64,000 bases of DNA, from the NCBI GenBank assembly GCA_035472495.1, contig DATIPD010000006.1, positions 37,312 through 101,311 of the forward strand, read 5' to 3'. Both the position numbers and the translations under genes were made by a program. The notes under the pieces were generated by a model, which worked only from the letters and a program-made list of their open reading frames with translations, searched no databases and was not told where the DNA came from. How positions within the stretch are numbered: the first letter of the stretch is position 1; each line of letters starts with the position of its first letter. Positions 47,547 to 52,309 of this stretch are shown here, piece by piece. This DNA is from Pyrinomonadaceae bacterium (GTDB lineage: Bacteria > Acidobacteriota > Blastocatellia > Pyrinomonadales > Pyrinomonadaceae).

Positions 47547-47620
47547 CCTAAATCGCCAGCTAGAAGAGCGATCGCTTTCTAAGCGGTAGGTCAACAGTTC
47601 GAATCTGTTTAGGGTCTCCA
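47545..47620 (+). pseudogene. degenerate tRNA-Arg (TCT)-like unit
   Basis: 76 nt with good anticodon arm ATCGC-TTTCTAA-GCGGT, T arm AACAG-TTCGAAT-CTGTT and a terminal TCCA. The acceptor and D stems do not pair in the canonical register. Confidence 0.3.
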
Positions 47621-47625
47621 TCTAT

Positions 47626-47703
47626 GGCCACGTAGCCCAATCGGCATGAGGCGCCAGTCTTAGAAACTGGTCAGTGAGAGTTCGAATCTCTCCGTGGCTA
47701 CCA
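47626..47703 (+). tRNA. tRNA with Leu anticodon TAG on a short-variable-arm scaffold
   Basis: Acceptor GGCCACG/CGTGGCT, anticodon arm CCAGT-CTTAGAA-ACTGG, 5-nt variable loop, T arm GAGAG-TTCGAAT-CTCTC, A73 and CCA. Confidence 0.6.
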
Positions 47704-47707
47704 CCAT

Positions 47708-47784
47708 GCTCGCGTGATGCAATCGGCAGACATCGGAGTTTCAAAAACTCTGTTTTCTCCGTTCGAATCGGAGCGCGAGTACCA
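47708..47784 (+). tRNA. tRNA with Leu anticodon CAA on a short-variable-arm scaffold
   Basis: Acceptor GCTCGCG/CGCGAGT, anticodon arm GGAGT-TTCAAAA-ACTCT, 5-nt variable loop, T arm CTCCG-TTCGAAT-CGGAG, A73 and CCA. Confidence 0.6.
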
Positions 47785-47789
47785 ACTGC

Positions 47790-47869
47790 GGCGCGGTACG
47801 CAAATCAAGGCAAAGCGGTCTGACTTAAAATCAGATGTTATGAGAGTTCAATTCTCTCCCGCGCCACCA
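47790..47869 (+). tRNA. tRNA with Leu anticodon TAA on a short-variable-arm scaffold
   Basis: Acceptor GGCGCGG/CCGCGCC, anticodon arm TCTGA-CTTAAAA-TCAGA, 6-nt variable loop, T arm GAGAG-TTCAATT-CTCTC, A73 and CCA. Confidence 0.6.
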
Positions 47870-47875
47870 GGCTCT

Positions 47876-47952
47876 GGCGATGAATGCGAAATGGAAAGCA
47901 GGCTGATTTTCAATCAGTTGATTTGCGGGTTCGAGTCCCGTCATCGCTGCCA
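47876..47952 (+). tRNA. tRNA-Glu (TTC)
   Basis: Acceptor GGCGATG/CATCGCT, anticodon arm GCTGA-TTTTCAA-TCAGT, T arm GCGGG-TTCGAGT-CCCGT, G73 and CCA. Confidence 0.75.
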
Positions 47953-47967
47953 GTAAGCTGGCCGGGC

Positions 47968-47994
47968 GCCCGTGGTCTGGCCGAGCGGTTCTAT
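47968..47994 (+). other. orphan tRNA 5' fragment (acceptor plus class-II-type D arm)
   Basis: GTGGTCTGGCCGAGCGGTTCTA resembles the 5' third of a Ser/Leu-type tRNA. It abuts tRNA-His with no anticodon or T arm. Confidence 0.4.
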
Positions 47995-48070
47995 GTTGGC
48001 CGTGGCCGAGTGGCTGAGGCGCGTGACTGTGACTCACGCTACGAGAGTTCGATTCTCTCCGGTCAACCCA
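47995..48070 (+). tRNA. tRNA-His (GTG) with encoded G-1
   Basis: G-1 opposite C73, acceptor TTGGCCG/CGGTCAA, anticodon arm CGTGA-CTGTGAC-TCACG, T arm GAGAG-TTCGATT-CTCTC, CCA. Confidence 0.75.
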
Positions 48071-48076
48071 ATACCT

Positions 48077-48154
48077 TAGTTTCGAGTTTCAAGTTCCAGG
48101 TTTCAAGGCACAAAGTTTCTGCACTTTGAACCTCCAACTTGGAACTCGAAACTA
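48077..48154. repeat. Fam-K palindromic hairpin (GTTTCGAG/CAAGTTCC words)
   Basis: Arm TAGTTTCGAGTTTCAAGTTCCAGGTTTCAAGGC and inverted arm GCACTTTGAACCTCCAACTTGGAACTCGAAACTA. Confidence 0.7.
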
Positions 48155-48159
48155 TTCCT

Positions 48160-48234
48160 GGAACTGTGGCCGAGAGGTGAGGCACTTGGTTGTCAACCAA
48201 GCCGATGACGGTTCGAGTCCGTTCAGTTCCGCCA
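48160..48234 (+). tRNA. tRNA-Asp (GTC)
   Basis: Acceptor GGAACTG/CAGTTCC, anticodon arm CTTGG-TTGTCAA-CCAAG, T arm GACGG-TTCGAGT-CCGTT, G73 and CCA. Confidence 0.8.
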
Positions 48235-48244
48235 TCTGTCTGGA

Positions 48245-48301
48245 GAGACATTCCTGTCTGTCCGCCGTTTTTTGCGGGACAGGCAAGAATGCCTGTCCTA
48301 C
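48245..48301. repeat. Fam-F (GACAGGAATG/CCTGTCCTAC) hairpin
   Basis: CATTCCTGTCTGTCCGC pairs with GCGGGACAGGCAAGAATG. A second copy lies at 51052-51112. Confidence 0.7.
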
Positions 48302-48304
48302 CTC

Positions 48305-48380
48305 GCTTCCGTAACTTAACTGGCAAAGTGTTGGTCTCTTAAACCAGAAGATGTCGGTTCGACGCCGACCGGAAGCACCA
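48305..48380 (+). tRNA. tRNA-Lys (CTT)
   Basis: Acceptor GCTTCCG/CGGAAGC, D stem ACTT/AAGT, anticodon arm TTGGT-CTCTTAA-ACCAG, T arm GTCGG-TTCGACG-CCGAC, A73 and CCA. Confidence 0.85.
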
Positions 48381-48387
48381 AATTTTT

Positions 48388-48460
48388 TGCGGAGAGAATG
48401 GGTATTCAAGTAGGTCTCATAAACCTTCCTTCGTCAGTTCAACTCTGGCCTCCGCAACCA
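48388..48460 (+). tRNA. tRNA with CAT anticodon (elongator Met or Ile2-type), atypical D arm
   Basis: U1:A72 acceptor TGCGGAG/CTCCGCA, anticodon loop CTCATAA on a 4-bp stem, T arm GTCAG-TTCAACT-CTGGC, A73 and CCA. The D arm is non-canonical. Confidence 0.5.
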
Positions 48461-48527
48461 ATCTCGTAGCGCTGAATCCCCTCCAACGACAACGCAAATT
48501 ATCAGTTTGCGTTACAGAACGTTTTAT

Positions 48528-48604
48528 TCAAGCGACCGATGTGGGCTGTCGGTGTCCGCCTGTTAAGCGGAACGTCGTGGGTTCGAGTCCCACCGCTTGA
48601 GCCA
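48528..48604 (+). tRNA. tRNA-Asn (GTT)
   Basis: Acceptor TCAAGCG/CGCTTGA, anticodon arm TCCGC-CTGTTAA-GCGGA, T arm GTGGG-TTCGAGT-CCCAC, G73 and CCA. Two extra nt lie between the D and anticodon arms. Confidence 0.65.
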
Positions 48605-48619
48605 AAACTCCTTGTTCTT

Positions 48620-48697
48620 GCTCGCGTACCGGTCTCCGCTTCTAACGGAGTAGCCGTAACTGGAAAGATGCGGGTTCAACTCCTGCCGCGAGCACCA
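48620..48697 (+). tRNA. aberrant tRNA-Arg (TCT)-like gene with D-arm-like sequence after the anticodon arm
   Basis: Acceptor GCTCGCG/CGCGAGC, A73 and CCA, anticodon arm CTCCG-CTTCTAA-CGGAG, T arm GCGGG-TTCAACT-CCTGC. No D arm is in the normal place; TAGCCGTAACTGGAAAG sits in the variable position. Confidence 0.35.
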
Positions 48698-48701
48698 CTT
48701 T

Positions 48702-48794
48702 CTTGGCGTAGCACAAATGGCAGTGCGGCAGGCTTATACCCTGTGAGCTCCAGATTAGAGCGCGATCCAGGTTCGAATCCTGGCGCCAAGACCA
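48702..48794 (+). tRNA. tRNA with TAT anticodon (AUA reader) on a long-variable-arm scaffold
   Basis: Acceptor CTTGGCG/CGCCAAG, D stem GCAC/GTGC, anticodon arm GCAGG-CTTATAC-CCTGT, 22-nt variable arm, T arm CCAGG-TTCGAAT-CCTGG, A73 and CCA. Confidence 0.55.
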
Positions 48795-48798
48795 CAAC

Positions 48799-48877
48799 CG
48801 ATTTCGGATTGACGATTGCAGATTGCGGATTGAGGCAACTGATTAATCGGAGATCCGCGATCGCCAATTCCCAATCG
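48799..48877. repeat. Fam-E (GATTGCGG-type) palindromic hairpin
   Basis: Arm GATTTCGGATTGACGATTGCAGATTGCGGATTG and inverted arm AATCGGAGATCCGCGATCGCCAATTCCCAATCG. Confidence 0.7.
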
Positions 48878-48882
48878 TTTCG

Positions 48883-48957
48883 GCTCCTATGGCGTAACTG
48901 GCAACGTAGCGGACTTTTAATCCGCGGTTCAGAGTTCGAGTCTCTGTGGGAGCACCA
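48883..48957 (+). tRNA. tRNA-Lys (TTT)
   Basis: Acceptor GCTCCTA/TGGGAGC, anticodon arm GCGGA-CTTTTAA-TCCGC, T arm CAGAG-TTCGAGT-CTCTG, A73 and CCA. Confidence 0.85.
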
Positions 48958-49059
48958 ATTGATTGCGGCTTTCGGAATGCGGATTTCGGATTTGAAAACA
49001 AGCGAAAACTATTAAGTCTTCAACTTCGCAATCCGAGTCCCAGCAATCCGCAATCGAAA
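48958..49059. repeat. Fam-E palindromic hairpin
   Basis: Arm AATTGATTGCGGCTTTCGGAATGCGGATTTCGGATTT and inverted arm CTTCGCAATCCGAGTCCCAGCAATCCGCAATCGAAA. Confidence 0.7.
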
Positions 49060-49060
49060 C

Positions 49061-49133
49061 GGCCGCGTGATGTAACGCAACATGCTCGCCCGATTAGCGA
49101 GTCTTCCGGGTTCAAATCCTGGCGCGGCTACCA
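49061..49133 (+). tRNA. tRNA-Ile (GAT), C33
   Basis: Acceptor GGCCGCG/CGCGGCT, D stem ATGT/ACAT with a 6-nt loop, anticodon arm CTCGC-CCGATTA-GCGAG, T arm CCGGG-TTCAAAT-CCTGG, A73 and CCA. Confidence 0.6.
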
Positions 49134-49184
49134 ACAATTCGAATTCCCCAACTTTTCAACTATTCTTAAGAAAGGAGAAAGCAA

Positions 49185-50363
49185 ATGCCTTACGAAAAGC
49201 TACCTATCGGTGGCGCCCGCAACGAGATTCTCTCGTGGGCCAACCACGACTTCAGCATCGAGGAACAGTCGATGTTGCGCAACGTTTCGCGATTGCCTTG
49301 TCTGTTCAAACATGTGGCGCTGATGCCTGATGCACACTTGGGCAAAGGCAGCATGGTTGGTTCAGTCATCGCTACGAAACAAGCGGTGATTCCGGCAACG
49401 GTCGGCGTCGACATCGGCTGCGGCATGATGGCGGTGAAGACACCGTTCAAGAGCGGCATCCTCGACGGAAAGTTGAAGGAGCTGCGCCTCGCGATCGAAG
49501 AAACAATTCCGGTCGGCTTCAACGCGTACAAAGAATCGGTTGACGAGTCTTCGTACTGGGACGGCTGGAAGGAATTTGGTGAACTGCATCAGGGCGTGCA
49601 AAGTCGGAAAGTGAAAGCGATGACGCAGCTGGGCACGCTTGGTGGCGGCAATCATTTCATCGAAGTTTGTCTGGACACAGAAAACTTCGTTTGGTTGATG
49701 CTCCACTCAGGTTCACGCAATATCGGCAAGGAGTTGGCAGAACGTCACATCTCGACAGCCAAGGGCTTGTGGCAACTGAATGAACTGCCTTCACCCGATC
49801 TTGCTTACTTCGTGCAGGGCACGCCGGAATTTGCGGCGTACTGGAAAGACTTGAAGTGGGCCCAGGGTTACGCGATGAAGAATCGCGAAATCATGATGAC
49901 GCGACTGTTACAGGTCTTCAACAAGTTGTTCAATCATCGTCAGCCCTTCAAGCCGGAACTTCAGGTTAACTGCCATCACAATTACGTTGCGCTCGAGGAG
50001 CATTACGGCGAGAAAGTTTTCGTCACCCGCAAGGGCGCAATCAATGCGGACAAAGACGCATTCGGCATTATTCCCGGCTCGATGGGCGCGAAATCGTTCA
50101 TCGTGCAAGGCCGCGGACTGGCGGAGAGTTTTAATTCCTGCTCTCACGGCGCTGGTCGCAAGATGTCGCGCGGTGCAGCCAAGCGAACTTTTAATAAGGA
50201 CGACCTGGCTCGACAAACTGCGGGCGTCGAATGTCGCAAAGACGTAGGCGTGCTGGATGAAATTCCTGGCGCTTACAAAGACATCAAAGCGGTGATGCGC
50301 AACCAGAGCGATCTGGTAAAGATCATTGCCGAGATCAAACAAGTGGTGTGTGTGAAAGGCTAG
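49185..50363 (+). CDS. rtcB: RNA-splicing/repair ligase RtcB
   Basis: 392 aa with RtcB motifs GVDIGCGM, GGGNHFIE, HSGSRNIG, NCHHNY, PGSMG and SCSHGAGR. RBS AAAGGAGAAA lies upstream. Confidence 0.92.
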   Translation: MPYEKLPIGGARNEILSWANHDFSIEEQSMLRNVSRLPCLFKHVALMPDAHLGKGSMVGSVIATKQAVIPATVGVDIGCGMMAVKTPFKSGILDGKLKELRLAIEETIPVGFNAYKESVDESSYWDGWKEFGELHQGVQSRKVKAMTQLGTLGGGNHFIEVCLDTENFVWLMLHSGSRNIGKELAERHISTAKGLWQLNELPSPDLAYFVQGTPEFAAYWKDLKWAQGYAMKNREIMMTRLLQVFNKLFNHRQPFKPELQVNCHHNYVALEEHYGEKVFVTRKGAINADKDAFGIIPGSMGAKSFIVQGRGLAESFNSCSHGAGRKMSRGAAKRTFNKDDLARQTAGVECRKDVGVLDEIPGAYKDIKAVMRNQSDLVKIIAEIKQVVCVKG

Positions 50364-50430
50364 TCCAAAGTCCAACGTCCAAAGTCAGGAATCGTCAAAC
50401 AGACTTTGGACATTGGACTCGAGACTTTGG
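50363..50430. repeat. Fam-A palindromic hairpin
   Basis: Arm GTCCAAAGTCCAACGTCCAAAGTC and inverted arm GACTTTGGACATTGGACTCGAGACTTTGG. Starts at the rtcB stop codon. Confidence 0.8.
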
Positions 50431-50441
50431 GGTCTGTCTTC

Positions 50442-50515
50442 CGGGGTGTGGTGTAACGTGAGCATCCGAGTCCTGGGAACTCGTGGCGACAGTTCAATTC
50501 TGTCCTCCCCGACCA
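50442..50515 (+). tRNA. tRNA-Pro (TGG), C33
   Basis: C1:G72 acceptor CGGGGTG/CTCCCCG (one mismatch), anticodon arm CGAGT-CCTGGGA-ACTCG, T arm GACAG-TTCAATT-CTGTC, A73 and CCA. Confidence 0.65.
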
Positions 50516-50521
50516 AATCCA

Positions 50522-50579
50522 GTCCAAAGTCCAACGTCCAAAGTCAGGATCATCAAACAGATATTGGACCTTGGACTTT
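50522..50579. repeat. Fam-A palindromic hairpin
   Basis: Arm GTCCAAAGTCCAACGTCCAAAGTC and a shorter inverted arm ATATTGGACCTTGGACTTT. Confidence 0.75.
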
Positions 50580-50585
50580 CCTCCC

Positions 50586-50662
50586 GCATCGTTGGTCCAG
50601 AGGGTTCAAGACACGGCGTTGCCAACGCTGAGACACCGGTTCGAATCCGGTACGATGCTCCA
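50586..50662 (+). tRNA. tRNA-Gly (GCC)
   Basis: Acceptor GCATCGT/ACGATGC, anticodon arm CGGCG-TTGCCAA-CGCTG, T arm ACCGG-TTCGAAT-CCGGT, U73 and CCA. Confidence 0.85.
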
Positions 50663-50672
50663 ATCAATCCTC

Positions 50673-50749
50673 GTCCAAAGTCCAACGTCCAAGGTCCAAA
50701 GCCAAGAATCGATGAACAGACTTTGGACCTTGGACGTTGGACATCGGAC
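50673..50749. repeat. Fam-A palindromic hairpin
   Basis: Arm GTCCAAAGTCCAACGTCCAAGGTCCAAAGCC and inverted arm GACTTTGGACCTTGGACGTTGGACATCGGAC. Confidence 0.8.
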
Positions 50750-50755
50750 TAAGAC

Positions 50756-50832
50756 GCTTCCGTAGCTCAATTTGGAAGAGCGCGACGCTTCGAACGTCGA
50801 GGTTGTGGGTTCAAGTCCCGCCGGGAGCCCCA
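50756..50832 (+). tRNA. tRNA-Arg (TCG)
   Basis: Acceptor GCTTCCG/CGGGAGC, D stem GCTC/GAGC, anticodon arm CGACG-CTTCGAA-CGTCG, T arm GTGGG-TTCAAGT-CCCGC, C73 and CCA. Confidence 0.85.
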
Positions 50833-50836
50833 ATCC

Positions 50837-50970
50837 ATTGGCGATTTCCGATTGCCAATTGCCGATTTTCCTCACTTCAAACTTGCGTGTCCCAAAAGAA
50901 CAGCCTCACTGTTCAAACCAAAAAGAACATACACGCTAATCGGCAATTGCCAATCGGCAATCGACAATTT
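50837..50970. repeat. Fam-E (GATTGCCAATTGCCG) inverted repeat with about 65-nt loop
   Basis: Arm ATTGGCGATTTCCGATTGCCAATTGCCGATTTT and inverted arm CTAATCGGCAATTGCCAATCGGCAATCGACAATTT. Confidence 0.7.
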
Positions 50971-50973
50971 CCT

Positions 50974-51048
50974 GCGGGAGTGATGTAGCTGGCAACATGC
51001 AAGTCTTCCAAACTTGCTTCGAGAGTTCGAATCTCTCCTTCCGCTCCA
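50974..51048 (+). tRNA. tRNA-Gly (TCC)
   Basis: Acceptor GCGGGAG/CTTCCGC, anticodon arm CAAGT-CTTCCAA-ACTTG, T arm GAGAG-TTCGAAT-CTCTC, U73 and CCA. Confidence 0.85.
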
Positions 51049-51051
51049 AAT

Positions 51052-51112
51052 GTAGGACAAGCATTCCTGCCTGTCCTCTCTAACCAAAGAAGGACAGGAA
51101 TGTCTGTCCTAC
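51052..51112. repeat. Fam-F hairpin
   Basis: GTAGGACAAGCATTCCTGCCTGTCCT ... AGGACAGGAATGTCTGTCCTAC. Confidence 0.7.
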
Positions 51113-51115
51113 CTC

Positions 51116-51191
51116 GCGCGCGTCGCCAAGCGGCTAAGGCGCTGGATTGCAAATCCAGTATTCGTGAGTTCGAGTCTCACCGCGCGCTCCA
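51116..51191 (+). tRNA. tRNA-Cys (GCA)
   Basis: Acceptor GCGCGCG/CGCGCGC, anticodon arm CTGGA-TTGCAAA-TCCAG, T arm GTGAG-TTCGAGT-CTCAC, U73 and CCA. Confidence 0.85.
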
Positions 51192-51198
51192 CACTCCA

Positions 51199-51275
51199 GT
51201 CCAAAGTCCAAGGTCCAAAGTCCAAGGTCAAGAACCGCAAGACAGACTTTGGACGTTGGACGTTGGACCTTGGAC
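51199..51275. repeat. Fam-A palindromic hairpin
   Basis: Arm GTCCAAAGTCCAAGGTCCAAAGTCCAAGGTC and inverted arm GACTTTGGACGTTGGACGTTGGACCTTGGAC. Confidence 0.8.
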
Positions 51276-51299
51276 TACTCTACGAAGGGAGGTGCCGTG

Positions 51300-51878
51300 A
51301 TGGCACTTGATGGCAGAGTTCTGCTGCTAAATCAAACCTACGAGCCGCTCGGCACCGTCAGTGTGGCCCGAGCAATAGTAATGACTTTCAAGAACAGCGT
51401 CTTCGTCGAGGAATGGGACGGCGATCGCGTTCTTCATTCGGCCCGGGAGGAATTCCCGGTGCCTTCAGTAATTCGCCGACGCACTTACATCAACGTGCGG
51501 CGCCGGCGTGAACAGTCAGGGATGAAGCGACTCCGCATCTACATGCGTGACAAGTTTCGTTGTCAGTATTGCGGCGACAAGAAGACCCTGGCTGAACTAA
51601 CGCTCGATCACATTCTGCCGCGTTCGCGTGGCGGCGATAACTCGCCGCTCAACGTAGTGACAGCATGCACCGCGTGCAACAACCGCAAGTCTAACCGGAC
51701 ACCGGCGGAGGCACGCATGCCTTTGCTGACGTCGCAGTCGGCGTTGCGGGTAAAGCTCGAACGCGTTGTGCTTTGTCACTACGCCGAGGCGCGCGCTGAG
51801 TGGCGCAAGTACCTGTTCATGGACGTGCATGACGATCGCGACGTGATGGACAGGGTGGAGCGCGAAAGACGCGCGTAA
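51300..51878 (+). CDS. HNH endonuclease
   Basis: 192 aa from the ATG at 51300, with RBS GAAGGGAGG upstream. HNH motif CQYCG...LTLDHILPRSRGGDNSPLNVVTACTACNNRKSNRTP. The track start at 51249 lies inside a repeat. Confidence 0.8.
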   Translation: MALDGRVLLLNQTYEPLGTVSVARAIVMTFKNSVFVEEWDGDRVLHSAREEFPVPSVIRRRTYINVRRRREQSGMKRLRIYMRDKFRCQYCGDKKTLAELTLDHILPRSRGGDNSPLNVVTACTACNNRKSNRTPAEARMPLLTSQSALRVKLERVVLCHYAEARAEWRKYLFMDVHDDRDVMDRVERERRA

Positions 51879-51882
51879 ATTC

Positions 51883-51988
51883 ATTGCCGATTGCTGAGCG
51901 GATTGCCGATTGCCAATTGCCGGTTTCCGATTGCCTTCAATCGAACAGGCTTTTTCAAATCGGCATTTTGTACCGGGAATCGGCAATG
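51883..51988. repeat. Fam-E inverted repeat
   Basis: Arm ATTGCCGATTGCTGAGCGGATTGCCGATTGCCAATTGCCGG... and inverted arm AAATCGGCATTTTGTACCGGGAATCGGCAATG. Confidence 0.65.
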
Positions 51989-51993
51989 CGTTC

Positions 51994-52065
51994 GGTCGGA
52001 TAGCTGAGAAGGATTAGCGTGGGTCTGAAAAACCCGAGAGGTTGGTTCGATTCCAACTCCGACCG
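51994..52065 (+). tRNA. tRNA-Phe (GAA), no encoded CCA
   Basis: Acceptor GGTCGGA/TCCGACC, anticodon arm TGGGT-CTGAAAA-ACCCG, T arm GTTGG-TTCGATT-CCAAC, G73, followed by CCG. Confidence 0.75.
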
Positions 52066-52072
52066 CCGAACC

Positions 52073-52150
52073 GAAGGATGAAGGATGAAGGATGAAGGCT
52101 GAAATGAAGTGTTTTGTTTCATCCTTCATCCTTCCGCCCTCATCCTTGAT
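52073..52150. repeat. Fam-C (GGATGAAG) palindromic hairpin
   Basis: Arm GAAGGATGAAGGATGAAGGATGAAGGCTGAAATGAAG and inverted arm TTTCATCCTTCATCCTTCCGCCCTCATCCTTGAT. Confidence 0.8.
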
Positions 52151-52155
52151 TTCCC

Positions 52156-52231
52156 GCCCGAGTAGCTCAATTGATGGAGCGCTGGTCCTACAAACCAGAG
52201 GTTGAAGGTTTAAGTCCTTCCTTGGGCACCA
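52156..52231 (+). tRNA. tRNA-Val (TAC), C33
   Basis: Acceptor GCCCGAG/CTTGGGC, D stem GCTC/GAGC, anticodon arm CTGGT-CCTACAA-ACCAG, T arm GAAGG-TTTAAGT-CCTTC (T56), A73 and CCA. Confidence 0.7.
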
Positions 52232-52235
52232 AATG

Positions 52236-52304
52236 ACAGGAGGCAGGCGGCAAAGCAGGAGGCAGTAGGTTTTGCCTGTCCCTGCACCTGCCTCCTGCTC
52301 CTGA
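52236..52304. repeat. Fam-D (CAGGAGGCAG) palindromic hairpin
   Basis: GACAGGAGGCAGGCGGCAAAGCAGGAGGCAGTAGG ... CCTGTCCCTGCACCTGCCTCCTGCTCCTG. Confidence 0.7.
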
Positions 52305-52309
52305 TCTTC

